Notes: a model not told the origin generated them from the letters alone. A stretch of DNA of 64,000 bases from Laetmonice hystrix (GCA_965235115.1 OZ249437.1:11904001-11968000), one strand, 5' to 3'. Shown: positions 1 through 14,100, counted from the stretch's first letter. Translations and numbers: made by a program.

Positions 1-91
1 TCTATAGAATACATACGTTCTGTGCGGGAACGCCTGGAATAGTTGGACGGCCTGGCTGCATGCAGACCCTGAACTTATAAATGAATCAATG

Positions 92-800
92 TTAACGGTC
101 CAAACTTGGCCACGCCGTCTCGACCGCCATATATCGTAGCCGCGGATGGTCTGTCTTCCAGGCTCTGACCAAACAAGATAACCCATCTAACCTACTGAGA
201 TTTACTCCATACCAACTGCAGTCTTTATGGGAAAATATTTGCGGAACCAGTGACAGAAGGTGTGTATAATTGGATTCGGTCGGCAACCCTATTTCCAAGG
301 TTAACAAGGTTCTCACACACAACACCAATGATCATCTCTGATTGATTGCTGGTGCCCAAACCACTGATTACCTTTTTAACTCTTTTGTTTGCACAGCAGC
401 AATTATCTCGAAAACTTCTTTCTTTGCAAGGAAATTGTCTAACCCTTCAGGGAATAATATCTCAAGATATGGATTTGCCAGGGGGGAATTTCTGTTGCTT
501 TCGTTGCTTTCTGAATCACACAGCTTCAGATCCCCTTTCTGACCTTTCCATAATTGGTCAAGTTGAGAGATTTCGCAATGGGTTCGACTTCTACCATTTC
601 TTATTGAAGGAATGTCGTTCCTTTAAATCTGAAAGCACAAAAAGTATGGATTTTATTCCCTATTCAACCATGGACCCATTTATAATGACTTTTATTCTGG
701 AGATTACAATTTGATTGCGTGTCCACAATTTTCTTGTTATTTTTCATGTGGAATGAACTGGCTCCAACTAATTATTCATAATTTAAATATAGTTATCTTA
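92..800 (-). mobile_element. Highly decayed L1/Tx1-like LINE ORF2 (RT N-terminal region) remnant
   Basis: Manual minus-strand translation gives ...NRNSPLANPYLEILFPEGLDNFLAKKEVFEIIAAVQTKELKR*SVVWAP..., loosely matching the L1-clade spacing KSPG...IITLIPK...NWRPISL; stops present; boundaries approximate. Confidence 0.3.
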
Positions 801-1455
801 ATGGTTGATTCAAAATGATTCACGTTATTCATGTAAATATCTTAAAGGGGAGATATGGAGAAGTTATCCTTATAGTGATAACACCGGGTTGCATATCAGT
901 TTCTTTACTAAATTATCAATAAATAAATTAAACATTACATCTTAGCCAGACCTGAAACAACTAAAGTCCGTAGATAAATTAATTTGAATCACATGACTCT
1001 TTCTCCTTAATATGTATGCGTCAATATAATGCTGAAAAGAAGTGCTTTCACTCAAATTACTTGAATTAGGAGGACAATAATAATATAGTTCATTCCTTTG
1101 TTTATATCGTTAATATTTTGGACAATAAATGCTTGTAATGCCACAGTTCTGATGGGACCAAGGAAATGTGAAATATTATTGGACATTGGCCAAGTGTAGG
1201 CCCTATCCCCCCGTTTCACAAAAAGTTCTTAGGCATAATCTTATCGTAACTTTACGAAAAACCGCGTTTGCGTTGCACAAACCGAAAATCGTATCTTAGC
1301 GCCTCGCAAGTGGTCCTTAAACAGCTACGATTATGGCCGATTTTAAGAGCCCGACGGGGCAGCTCTTAAGGCCTTAAGAAACTCTTAATGCAAAAAAATC
1401 ATTTGTTTGCTTAAATTTAATTGCAAATTCGCGAAATAATATAAAGGTCGCAAAG

Positions 1456-1498
1456 TTTGTTGGGGGAGGGGTTATTTAAACCCCTTCCCCAACAAAAA
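1456..1498. repeat. Short hairpin palindrome
   Basis: TTTGTTGGGGGAGGGGTT followed by AACCCCTTCCCCCAACAAA, about 18-bp arms with one bulge. Confidence 0.85.
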
Positions 1499-1660
1499 TC
1501 TGCTGGCTCACTAAACCAAGGACAGCTGGCCTCCAATATAAGATTCAAGAAACGTATTACCACGTACAGCTCAAAAGCATCGCTAATTCAGTTGGGTGTG
1601 TTCTGGAAATACAAATTACTCCAACCCCACCCTGACTGGGAGGACCGGGGGAGTCGCATT

Positions 1661-2086
1661 GGGCCTTTCACACCGCAGCCGATGCCGATAGCGATGCCGA
1701 TACTGATACCGAGACCGAGGGCGACACCGATGTCCACACCGACCTTGGCTGCAGTGTGAATGATGCACCGATGCCCGACACCGGTGCCGACATGTAGATC
1801 GCGACTGGTTCCCGACACCGGCCCGGCTGCCGGCCGTCCTCCTTGTCGGTTAGGGATTGCTCCGATCAAGATGCACGGGAACCTCCTGGTCTCCAGGAAA
1901 ATCGGTGGCCGACGTTTGGAAAATAGAACATGTTCTATTTGCCTCGCTGACGTCGGTGTCGGACACCGACGTCGGCGTCAGTATCGGTCTTGGTGTGAAT
2001 GCTCCCACTGGAAATAATGTGTTGTAAAAAAATATCGGTGTCGCCGTCCGTATCGGTGCCAGTATCGGCTGCGGTGTGAATGGGCC
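1661..2086. mobile_element. 426-bp MITE, Harbinger-like, nested in the 1207-2240 element
   Basis: 23-bp TIR GGGCCTTTCACACCGCAGCCGAT / ATCGGCTGCGGTGTGAATGGGCC (2 mismatches); ATT at 1658-1660 and 2087-2089; interior rich in CCGA/TCGG and partly palindromic. Confidence 0.8.
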
Positions 2087-2449
2087 ATTATACATAACTC
2101 TCTGCCGACCCCGGCCAGAGCCGACCTCACAGTGGGCGGTCTGTGTATACAGAGACTGCAACCATCCTAGTGAAAAACATTATTGTGAAGACTATAGGCT
2201 ACCCATGAAAACTTATGTGAAACTGTTGTGAAACGGGGGGTATAGATCTACCGGAGTCGTCAGATATGCTTTTTGGCTCGTTTCCTTTGGTATCAAGATT
2301 TCTTCTTTTTTTTCTTTTTTTTTTGGGGGGGGGGGGTATTTTCAACAGTGAAGGCGGAATGTCTGATAACGAGGTTAACAGCACTCTTCCAACCCCCTTC
2401 CAATATTATATCACCCGCAGGCTGAGCATTGCGCTGACTGGGGCAAAAG

Positions 2450-2690
2450 CAGGGCCGGATCCAGGATTTTTTCAAGGGGGCGGGGGTTGCAACAACTTGA
2501 CAGGTGAAAAAACACTTTATTATTACCAAGATATTACATTTATATTTTGCTCCTTAGCAAACTAACATAGCGCTGTGCACTGTGCATTGGGGCAATCTGG
2601 TGGAAATCTGGCTTTAGCATGTTGTTCTGACAGAATTTTTCTAGATTTCTAAGGGGGGTTGCACCCCCCCCCCTTCTGGATCCGGCCCTG
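2450..2690. mobile_element. 241-bp MITE with CAGGGCCGGATCCAG TIRs
   Basis: Perfect 15-bp TIR at 2450-2464 and 2676-2690; flanks AAAAG / AAAAT give no exact TSD, so superfamily is not assigned. Confidence 0.75.
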
Positions 2691-2753
2691 AAAATATGTG
2701 TAGCCTATTTATCACTGAGTTGTGTAGCCTACATGGAAGCGGGTCCAGTGGAT

Positions 2754-3155
2754 TCAATCAATCAATCAATCAAGTTTATTTCTATGAAAGGAAAGCGTAC
2801 AGATGCATTAACCTCGTTGAAATACATTAGGGATAGGAAGCATAATATTGCTTATGAAGTCCCTGATGATGAAATTACATTTAATAATATTTACATATTT
2901 TCAGAACGTGGCATAAGTCAGTTTTGCATAAATATAGAAGTCCGAAACAGAATCTCAAACAAACTAGTACAAAAGTAGTTTAAATAAGTAAATCAAAGTA
3001 ATGGTCCTTCAGACGCCTTTTAAATGCGTGAATTGAACAATTTAGATTGTTTGCTTTTATGATCTTATTGAACATTTTAGGACCTTGAACTGTAACTGAT
3101 CTTTCAAGAGTCTTACATCTAAACTTAGGAACTACGTAGGATTACATAATATTAT
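2754..3155 (-). mobile_element. 5'-truncated CR1/L2-type LINE 3' end
   Basis: Minus strand encodes YVVPKFRCKTLERSVTVQGPKMFNKIIKANNLNCSIHAFKRRLKDHYFDLLI* (stop 2980-2982), matching the CR1/L2 ORF2 C-terminal pattern S-x4-GP-x2-W/FN...FK-x2-LK; 3' UTR ends in AATAAA and a (TTGA)n tail at 2754-2773. Confidence 0.75.
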
Positions 3156-3528
3156 TTGTTTTGGTGGCTCCTTGCCTCACGGGCGACGCGGCCATCCAGC
3201 CCCCCCCCCCCACCCCCCCCCCCCCCCCACCCCGACTACGTAGGTGGGTTACAGATACGGGTAGGCAAGGAGAACATTAGGCGACAGGAGCAGTGGATAT
3301 GTATGAAAACAATGGCCGTGGACCGTACTTGGGTGGGAGGGGGTGATTTACGAGATGAGTAGTGCCTGGCACGAACGAAATGGACCGTCATTTGCAGTTA
3401 ACATAGGCCTAGATCTATATGTCAAAGCTATATGTACGGTACATTGTAGACGAAACCCAGTAATTTCAAAATCCCAATTCCCCTTTGGGGGATGGGATAT
3501 TTAATATAGCTTTGACATATATTTTAAC

Positions 3529-3850
3529 TTTGACGGTCCATTTCGGTCCCTGCCCTGGACCGAGGCTGTCCCATTGTGGGTCCATAAGGTATATCTCGGT
3601 CCCTTCTTTCTTTGTAGGGTTCATTTCGGTAAATATCCGGTACCCTAGGGTCAGTTTCGGTTGGGTTCCGTAGTTTGACGGTCCGTTTCTGTCCCTGCCC
3701 TGGACCGAGGCGGTCCCATTGTGGGTCCATAAGGTGTATCTCGGTCCCTTCTTTCTTAGTGGGGTTCGTTTCGGTCCATATCTGGTCCCCTAGGGTCCGT
3801 TTCCGTCCGTTTCCGTCCCTTTCGGTCGGTTGCGGTATTTAGTCATACCG
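3529..3850. repeat. 145-bp tandem duplication plus short GTCC/TTTC repeats, ending in the motif GCGGTATTTAGTCATACCG
   Basis: TTTGACGGTCC... starts at 3529 and again at 3674; the end motif at 3832-3850 resembles 33048-33065; probably one end of a non-autonomous DNA transposon. Confidence 0.7.
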
Positions 3851-3889
3851 GCCGGAAGTTGTAACTTTCCCGCCAGATTCAGGTCCCGC

Positions 3890-4083
3890 AGTACTAAATC
3901 CAAATCCTCGTAAACTTACGATAAGATTCTTAAGGTTACGATGCGATTATGAAGTACGAGACTTTCAAATTTAAGATTTCGTTTGTGCAACACTTTTTAC
4001 GATCATTCTTAGGAAAACTCTTATTCGTAAAATACACGATTTTTTTCGTATCGTAAAATACGATACTTTTGTGAAACGGGCCC
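3890..4083. mobile_element. Right-hand end of a Harbinger-like element related to the 1207 left end
   Basis: Ends TTTTGTGAAACGGGCCC followed by TAT (4084-4086); shares sub-terminal motifs (GTTGCACAAAC, AATCTTATCGTAA-TTTACGA) in inverted orientation with 1221-1290. Confidence 0.6.
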
Positions 4084-6099
4084 TATAGGACTCACATTGG
4101 TTCTTATTTTCTCTGAGAGAGATGACTTATTCTGATCGCAATTCCCAAACGTTGCCAGACTGCCTTTTCACTAGGTTTCTTGACAGTTCTACGAGTTGCT
4201 TATGGATGGCGCTAGGAGTCTGTATCAGGGACCAAACATAAAGCCAGCGCAGACACATTTATTGTGGCCAGGCTGCACTTTGTGACATTTACGACCAACC
4301 TGGATGGAACCGCTGGCCTTGACAGCCACAAATAATGCCCTATCATACAATACCACGGCCCCCATTATCCCAGCCCTGATCCATGCATTATTAGGGTTGT
4401 AAACTAATGATCAATTGGCATCACTTGTGCCTCCTGTCCGCGTGCCGTGACATGTAGCAGGGTTCACAGATGAGCACTATAGTGTTGCACATGGAAATTG
4501 CAGTGATTTCCTGGCAGTAAATGTGGGTTACGCTGCTTGACGCTCGTAAAAAACAGCCATGGCGGCCAAGAGTTACACCTTTCCTGGATCAAACAAGAAC
4601 ACAGGATGGCTATCCCTTGCCGGCAATATCTTACCTGTATAAAGGGAGTCGGTGGGCCTAAAGGCTGTCATCACCCACTGCTGGAAACGGTCAATCGGAC
4701 CATAAAAGAAGCAGCGCTGGAAAGAAGCAGGTCATTCCACGTCACCTAATGAGGCCACAAAGTTGGCAGTGCGCCTGGCTGTGTAAGAAGCCAGCATGTC
4801 ATCAACACTGCACCACCTCCAGTGACCTTTGAACCCACTTCACTTAAACCACAGTCTCAACCCGGACTTAACAATCTTCCCGGAATATTCCGAGGGGACG
4901 GCGGCCAAATTGGCCAAACCCACCTCAAATAAAGTGACCTGCATGACGTGATGAGGATGGGCAATTGGGTGGAATTTATTCGGCTCTGTCTGTGGCCCAC
5001 AAATGTGGCGTTACGTGGGGGGGGGGGGGGGCTCTAGACCCCCCCCCCCCCTTCCCCCGGCCTCTGGTAACTGTATCTACCCTCTGGTAACTGTATCTAT
5101 CCGTTTGTATGGCGGCCCATCCCAGTCATGTCAGTGGTCATCAACCTTACACCCAGTACCCATAGAGGACGCCTGGCCGGGGCCAGTCTCAATTCACAGG
5201 TCGGGGTCAAAGGTCAGCCACCTGCTCGGAATGGCTTCGGCGCTCTAGTTAACTCAGGATACTATAGAGAGTGGACAATAAAATCGTCGCATCTCTACGG
5301 AGAAACAGGACAGAGAATGAGATCATTACTGAACGTCTGTGGATGAGATATACATGTCGGTTTAGCATATATATGCTGGCGCCGCGGGAATTATGCTCTA
5401 ATAAAAGTTATGTTATTAAAGCACAATGCACTCTCAGCGGCTGGTGTCGCGGTCTGAAATCTCCGCCAGTCTCCGTTCTCCCGGACCATGCATGGCTTCT
5501 TATTGTTTAGATGATGCCGCTGATCAAGTGCGCACGCGTGTGTCGCAATTCGGTCTTACGACTCTGGTCATTTTCTAAAACAGACTATTGTTTTCTTCCA
5601 AATAATGAATGACCGCCTGGATAATTTGTCGAGCAAATATGGAAGATGAGACATAATAGTCACATGTGTGGTCATCTAGGCCAGGTATTTCAGATAGTTT
5701 AATTAGATGGATGAAAATACGCGCAACTATGAAGCCAACCTGGCGGAGAACACAAACCGCCGGAGAAACGAGACCGCGGCACCGGGTCTAAATCTTGTGA
5801 CGTTCCTTTAGCTGAAAAGTATCACGACACGGCATCGATCTCGTGCTGTCATGCAATACCCACTAATATAAAAATAAATTAAGCATAGGAACAAGCCAGG
5901 CAGGTTTTCATACAATGTTCGCTTGTATAAAGCCATGTAAGATGACATCAATGACTATAGACAGAGAACTGCACACATATGGAACAGCAAGGCAGACGAC
6001 ACAGAAACCAAGACTGGTTCTGGTTCAGTACCGCCATCTAGCGCCCTATACGGAAGTGACTGGTCTCCCAGTTGAACCCCACTGAAGTTATCTGTCGGC

Positions 6100-9000
6100 C
6101 AACACACCTGTTGTCAGAGATGACTCACCTGCAGGTCGTCAGGCCACCGATCACCTGATTCTCCTACCTTTGTACATCAAAGGAAGATGACGAACCCTCT
6201 TACATGATGCATCAACCAACAAATACTGCTCCAAGGATGCATCACCGCTAGAGTACGCAGACATATGTGGATGTCTTCCAGAAATAACGACTCTTACTCA
6301 GGCAAATCAGTCATTATCCTAACCAGGGAAGCGATCCTATTTATATGAGTCATTCGCGATATATTAAAGAATCTATAACGTAACAGAATGAACACGTCAG
6401 GGAGGATCAATGGTATAAAGACATATTCATGTTGGTTCGAAGATGTTCGGTTCTACTTGGATAAAACTGACTGATTTGTTTCATTTTCCTTATGATACTG
6501 TGCATTATTCTCATAAAGCATATTGAATGGTTCAATACATTTCCTGTCATAATATTCATGTATACGGCTTTCCATTTTGAGCTGCAGAAAAACGTTGTTA
6601 GACTTTGACCAGCTTATAATAAAGGTTGTCTCCTTTCAAAAACAGCTAATCTTATAAACAATTAATATTAGACCTTGTTTAGCTCATCAGATTGGAAACC
6701 ATCCCTTCCATGCCATCTTCCATGGCCCATATTTTTTCAGTTATATTTATAGAATCCCACTTTTCAGCAAATTCGCTTCTTGTTCTTTACAAGAACTTTC
6801 GAAAACTTTCATGCTTTGATTTAGTGTGTATCAAAATTTCACATCAAATTAATGATATTCAGATGGACTATACGAAAATCTATCCCGGAACAAACTTTCA
6901 ATCTGTCCTGTTCTTTCTTTTAATTTTACATTAATTTGCATTTGATTAACGTCATGTGGCTTCAGCCTGCCTGCCATTAGTTAACTTTAAACTGCTGCCG
7001 CCATGGAAATAATAAATTTAACATGAGACACGGAGGGAACAGCTGCACCTACTTCTGGCCTTAAAGTTTAATACTCTTTGCAGTGTTGCCTAAATGTCTC
7101 TTTTCAAGACATAAAATGGCATCACCTGAGTTTTTCGCAAATGGAATTGACCTCTAGGGAGCGATTAACGATAAAGATGAAGAGGATGGCTAATTAAGAG
7201 CATTCCCTAATGAATCTTGTCAGGCCCGTCAGTGGAGCACAGCTCCCATGTCGAGCGGCCAACAATTGGTATTTTCCTCCATGCACCACGTCCCTCCCAA
7301 TGCTGTCCCATCCTGGCTGTCACATCAAATTTTCATCACCCCCTCCGATGTTTCACATCTGTGTTTGCTTGTTTGATGAATAATTCAAGACAGATTCGAG
7401 GACATGTGTACATCATTTTGATAAAAACTGACGTTTCTTCCTTCGCAGGAACTGCTAATAGCAATTATTGGAAACTGCAGAAAAGGCCATCCTTTTTTTT
7501 TTCTCCTGCCAAAGTTACCAACCAACTCCTGACTTATATTGTGTATAGAATAGTTTCAAACGAACCATTCCTCCTTCATGATGCTAGACTTTACTCTAAC
7601 ATGCTGCTCGTCCTAGTCTTGACTGCTACATGCTTTATTAACTTGTTAAAATATTAAAAATTTGGTTAGTCCTCCGTTAGTTCTCATCTCCGGGTCTCAC
7701 CCTCCTTAGCGTCGCCCCCCCCCCCCTCATAAGTTTCTGCGTTTCTCCCTCCCAATCAATATCTAACGTTAAATGCGAACATAATCTCTTTGCCAAACCC
7801 TTACTGGGTCCAGCCTACCACCATCATTATCCGTAACAGTATCACAATAATATAACTTATACCCTAGCTACCCGTTACCCTATCACTAACGCTGGGGTAG
7901 ATACCAAGGGTACGAGTGGCTCACGGGAAGATGTAACACTCTCACCCTGGTAGTAATTCTCACTTTGAGACTGAGGCTTGGCGTTCCCCTTCCCCTCCTC
8001 CAAAGGAAACGGAAAAGTAAAAACATTATATTTCTGGTTCACCAAACACATTAGAGATCTCAACATACTGCTACACATTGCCCTTCCTCTGTTGGAATCA
8101 CTACGCCGCTAACAAGTATCCATCCTTTCCTGAGCACAACTTTGATTAGTAGAGATTTACCTTACTTTCTAACTGCACCCGACTTGGCTTGTCATCAGTA
8201 AAATTCGCAAACCACAGACCATTGTCTTTGCGTGGCCACTAGCTGTAGGTACGCTTTAATTAGATGGACACTGATCCTTTTGAAATAGCGTGATTCGCCC
8301 ACCTTCCCAGGCCGAACCTCCAATCAGGCAGGTCAAGCGCCCGAACGGTCCAGTGCTAACACGGCCGTACTGTATTATCTATTGCCTAAGAACGGTGCGA
8401 CTATTGCCAAGTGGTTGATCATTTATCTGTGCGCCGGTGACGCTGAAAGGTCACCGGTGTTGCTACAGACGACATGTCTCATTACTCACGGTCTTCAATG
8501 GCCATTGTCTTAGTGCCAGAGGTCACCTATGTGGCAGCCAGCACAAAGTAAGTCTGGATAACGTAGGATAGAAATCCCATAAAAACATATTTATGGATGA
8601 CCTGGAGTCTGTACCTTAACTTGTTTTTCCTTTATCAAAAACATTTCAGGGTTTGCTTCCTCTGTTCTGTAGAGGATAACCAGACTTCGGCTCGAAACGC
8701 TTCCATGCAGCGCTATAGTATTGCTGTAATCTAAACATTTCCACATTACGTCGTATTTAGTTTGTTTGTTGGTCCTTTTATAGACGCAGCAAATAATCAC
8801 CTTACAAATTCTCATAGAATTTCCTCCAAACGCCGGTTCAAACTTAGCGAAGTTGATTGTATTTGCGGTGAACCGCCCTCATCCTTGGTTAGACCTTTAT
8901 ATTGTGACATGTTTCTTTCGAGATTCAAAATGACAAACAATTCATTGGTGCGCGCTTGATTCACGTACAGGAAGTGTTATGTCAAAGGTTCGCTCCACAG
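6100..9000 (-). mobile_element. Decayed L1/Tx1-like LINE ORF2 remnant (tether + RT), interrupted
   Basis: Collinear degenerate motifs on the minus strand: ILNLERN...EEIL*EF (about 8940-8810), KVQTPGHP (KSPGxDG-like, about 8600), TRFIRECS*LAILFIFIV (RGxRQGCPLSxxLF-like, about 7220-7170), SGDAILCL (YADD-like), EDGMEGM (EDGGLxM-like, about 6720); many stops and frameshifts; boundaries approximate. Confidence 0.5.
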
Positions 9001-9846
9001 GCAGGAAGTTAGGGGCCATCCCATTCGGCGAGCGACTAGTTATAACAGGTCTTGAATCTCTCTTCGGAACAATTTCCGATGCCCTTGTCCATTACAGTTA
9101 ATGAATGAATGCTCCCAGACAATAAATAGTCCCCGTGATTTCAGACTCCAAGTGTAGGTCAATGCAAGAATTTATAGCAAACACTTGCAATTTTAGCTAT
9201 ATGGAATATCAGTAAACCCGTTACTGATATCATTGTGTCTGTGAGGCCATTCAAATGTTTGATTTACTCGTAGCTAACTGAATACAGAATCCATCGGACC
9301 CAATGAACCCGACTCGAGTCACGTCATGACCCTGATTTCCTGTCGTCATCTGATCGCATCGTGTACACAGCCATACCACATCCGGTGCTGTCACAGCAAA
9401 CATTGTCCCCTTTAATTGTCGAGTGCCTGTAGTCGCCAAGAAAAATCACTGCCTCCTGCGCTAACCCCGGATTCTGACTGAATGTTAATTTCGTGCGACC
9501 GTCCATTTGATCGGGTCACGTGGTCATGTACATTGAAGTCACTCGATGATCCAAATTGCTGTTTATTCGGTCATTTGTTGTCATGCCCTTCCATGAAGCT
9601 GGTGGCAGTAGTGTTGAAAAGGAACATTTGACGCTAACAGGGCCGTATTCATGCGCCATGATTTAATGTCAATGATTCATGTCAACACCTAGAATAATGA
9701 TATGGTTAGCTTTAGAATGCCACGAGATAGAAAAATGGTGATGAAAAGCAAGGGTCAGGCCAAGGTTATGGGCCGGGATAGCACAGACAGTTTGATTAGT
9801 ACCAACGGGTTGCAGGCTTATCCCGGCATAAATATCAGCTACCCCA

Positions 9847-11103
9847 TGTAACATGGATATAGAAATACAATCTGAAATGGATATAACATGGAACTAGCCA
9901 TACCTTGTAACATGGAACTAGTCGTACCCTGTAACATGGAACAAGCCATACCTTGTAACACGGAGCTACTCATACAGTATAACATGGAACAAGCCATACA
10001 GTGTAACATGGAACTAGTCGTACCCTGTAACATGGAACAAACCATACCTTGTAACATGGAATTAGTCATACAGTGTAACATGGAACTAGCCATACAGTGT
10101 AACATGGAACTAGACATACCTTGTAACATGGAACTAGCCATACCTTGTAACATGGAACTAGACATACCTTGTAACATGGAACTAGCCATACCTTGTAACA
10201 TGGAACTAGACATACCTTGTAACATGGAACTAGTCGTACCCTGTAACATGGAACAAACCATACCTTGTAACATGGAATTAGTCATACAGTGTAACATGGA
10301 ACTAGCCATACAGTGTAACATGGAACTAGCCATACCTTGTAACATGGAACTAGACATACCTTGTAACATGGAACTAGCCATACCTTGTAACATGGAACTA
10401 GTCATACAGTGTAACATGGATCAAGCCATCCCTTGTAACATGGAGCTAACCATACCGTGTAACATGGAACTCGCCATACATGGAACTAGCTAATACCTTG
10501 TAACATGGAACTAACCATACCGTGTAACATGAAACTCGCCATACAGTGTAACATGGAACTAGACATACCTTGTAACATGGAACTAGCCATACCTTGAACA
10601 TGGAACTAGCCATACAGTGTAACATGGAACTAGACATACCTTGTAACATGGAACTAGCCATACCTTGTAACATGGAACTAGTCATACAGTGTAACATGGA
10701 TCAAGCCATCCCTTGTAACATGGAGCTAACCATACCGTGTAACATGGAACTCGCCATACATGGAACTAGCTAATACCTTGTAACATGGAACTAACCATAC
10801 CGTGTAACATGAAACTCGCCATACAGTGTAACATGGAACTAGACATACCTTGTAACATGGAACTAGCTAATACCTTGAAACATGGAACTAGCCATACCGT
10901 GTAACATGAAACTCGCCATACAGTGTAACATGGAACTAGCCAATACCTTGTAACATGGAACTAGCCTTACCTTGTAACATGGAACTCGCCATACAGTGTA
11001 ACATGGAACTAGCCATACCTTGTAACATGGAACTAGCCATACAGTGTAACATTGAACTAGCCGTACAGTGTAACACTGAACTAGCCATACCTTGTAACAT
11101 GGA
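9847..11103. repeat. Minisatellite, 24-bp unit TGTAACATGGAACTAGCCATACCT, about 50 copies
   Basis: Directly visible; produces the repetitive CNMELAIP / MLQGMASS ORFs; frame broken by deletions near 10480 and 10760. Confidence 0.97.
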
Positions 11104-14100
11104 TGTAAACGTGAGTTCCCTCTCCCCTCTTTCTGACGTGGTCGGTATTAAAGAACTTCCTCTGATTAATTGTCCTATCCCCCGGGGAAATCACCCTGGG
11201 ATATAATTTTACCATTACCCCTTGGACTCAGTCCTGTGTTTCCGCTCCTCAAGTGGGCCTACTCAAAAATCGCCATATCATCCAGCTCCGTAGTTACTAG
11301 GGAGGGGGGGGGGGAAATTCGAAAAAAAGGAGCAAAACACACATGGGAGTCGTTCAAAATTTTCTATTTTCTGACAAATTAACATTGAACAAACCCTTTG
11401 AAACCCCCAGTGTCTATGGCAGACTTTCCCGTTATTGAATACTGGTACAAGGCGCACAGTACGTCGCTTGGATACTGCTATTTCAAATTGGAAAAGGGGA
11501 CATTAATTATGTGAATATTTAATGCCTCTACTAGATCAAAACGCTAGAAGTTGATCTCGAACGTAGAGCACCCCCACATACATGATGATTTCAGAACTAA
11601 TAGCTCAACCTTTGTTTCCAAGTTAGCTTTATGTTGATAAATTTCACTTTACTCCAAAACTTAATCATGCTCAATGTGCATCACATTGATAATTTGAAAA
11701 ATTGTCAACTATTACGACTTACTTGTCATTCAAAAGATCTATTTACTCATTTGTTTAAGAAAGTATGTGCCAATCCTTTTAAAATCGTACGAATGATGCA
11801 TTGTGTTACATTAAATAAAATATTACAATTTTGGTGTAGAAAACATAACCAGGTCCCTGCTGTCTTCGTGTCCATCTCTTGTGCGCTATCAAGGTTTGTT
11901 TTTATAAATACTCTGCCAGAATCAATTCTGTCGGAAGTGTCGATTTGAATAGGTTTTCTCCACAGGAATGAATTCTATTACATTTACAGATAAATTACAA
12001 ACAGCTTGCTGCTCTGAATATGCATGCTGTGTCTCACATACCTCATACGACTGTTGGAAAAGAGATATTTCCTTTTTGCTAAATGTTAATTGTCAAAGTT
12101 TCAATTTCATCTCAAAAGTTGAGATGAGATTAGTAATTGATTTCTCTAACAGCTGCAATGGTTCATATCAATGCTATTTCTGTCAACAATGCAAATCTTT
12201 AGGTATTCAGTATTGAAATATGTGACAGATTTGCCTGACAAATTTACCTTTTTGAATGATCAAAGGTAACAAACTCCTCAAATGTTAAACTAAGCATATC
12301 CTATAACTCTATCGTATCCATGTATAATACATATAAATCCTAATCGATCTTCTTACAGAAATCCCTGCTTACGCTTGTAGTACATTTAAAGTGTATGCAT
12401 TGCGACTTTCAACGATGACCAATGTGGCATCTGTATAAAAATATTCTGGGACTTTTGCCCGTTGAACTTCACCTCACCAGGACGTTTTCTGGCTCGAACC
12501 TTTCTCTGAAATATTCTAATAATTATTGATAACACTGCTTTATCCTGATAGGTGTCCATCTAGACTTGGAGTGGAATTGCGAAGAAGCAAAGAGGCCTAG
12601 GGTTTCCTGGCGGATTTCGCCTTTCGGGGAGGGGGGGGAGGATCGGCGGATGGTAGCTTGGGGTGGTAGCTTAGGGGAATGTTCTTGCAAAAAGACACAG
12701 CCAGAAAACTTTGCGCGCAGGGGAGTAACTGATTTTTTTTTGGGGGGGGGAGTCTCCCCCAAAATGGACCTTCCAGAAACGCTGAAAACTATATTTTTGG
12801 CATCCGCGCTGTTATCTGCCAAAGACAAACTGCTCATTGCACAACATTCCTCGTCACAAAATTTTCATTCCCGAAATCCTATACTATTCAAGATAATTCC
12901 CCTACACCTTTTCCATTCGTGCAATCTGCGTCATATCATCACCCCATCAGCACAATTGCTTCTTGAAAAAAGCTTCATAATACAAGTCAGATCTGGGCAA
13001 AAAGACGTGAAAATGGGGGTTCAAATTTTACTGTCAGGCTATAAAAGAAATTCAATCCCATAAATGCATATCTGTCTACGAAAAATACTCTGGAATATCA
13101 TAGAAAGATAAACACACCCTCTCTAACTTGATTAAGTCTACCCTCTCTCAGTTGCACTGATTTCCTCGGAGCATGGAAGAAGCACTTTGATCGCATTTCC
13201 ACGCGCCAACCATTGATTGAAACCAGACATTTTCATATGAGAGCACTCTACTCAGTGCGAAACATGGGGCAGCCTGTAATAGTTTGGAGTCAATCAACTG
13301 GAACCTGTTTATGAGAAGAGGTATGGAGCTCAAAGGGAATCAGTCTATAACTAATTCTACATAAACATTACGGACTTGCATGGCTAAGTTGAGATTCGTT
13401 TCTGAGTCTCTCAGTAATGTTTCAAAGTTTCAGTGTTCCAAATGATGAACACTTATCATTGCAAAAAGTGCTTTACATGACCAGTTTCCTGACTTTCTAT
13501 TTGTAAATATTTCCGCCATGTAAGTATTGCTGTCTAATCATACGAGACCCATTCAGTGACCACCGCCAGCGGGTTTTCTCGAGGACCATTTATAATAGGC
13601 GAATCTGTCTGAGCAGCTTGTCCGGGATACACGTGGGAGAAGCTGGGAGAGTCGTGTTGTAAGTGATGTCAGGCCGCCAACCTTCCTCAGTGTTTATCTT
13701 CACTATCCTGCACTAAGGCAAGGAGCCCTGGATGTCAAACATTAACCCTCCGGGCCTTCAATATTACACAAGTCCTTAAAATCGACTTCGTCAAACTCCC
13801 AACTCAACCATCCCTTTAGAACGACTGGAAACTAAGTTGACTAATCCTGTCAATAATAGGGCAATTCCCCTCTCCAGCCCCGATAACTTCAGACGGGTGC
13901 ATGCCGATAAAATACTTTAAGCGGTCGTAGATTTATTCACGTTATTACATGTGACTTGTGTTTCTATTTACATGCCAAGAAACCCCCAACATGCTGTGGA
14001 CCGTCAGTCGTGAAGCCATGCGATCGTGATGGAGCCCTGGTAACTTTAGAGCATGTATTTGGGGAGCAGGAAAGAGAGGGACTGAGCCCCCATTTCCTGG

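Larger units (their letters stand above)
1207..2240. mobile_element. Non-autonomous TIR element, PIF/Harbinger-like
   Basis: Perfect 15-bp TIR CCCCCCGTTTCACAA (1207-1221) / TTGTGAAACGGGGGG (2226-2240), flanked by TAT at 1204-1206 and 2241-2243 (3-bp TSD); no transposase ORF. Confidence 0.65.

Noticed and set aside
374-660. Host exon with GTAATC donor
   Set aside because: The frame continues past the donor with LINE-RT-like spacing; better explained as a retroelement relic
9839-11206. 201-aa CNMELAIP and 192-aa antisense ORFs
   Set aside because: Products of a 24-bp stop-free satellite unit; frame broken by non-triplet deletions; no flanking unique coding sequence
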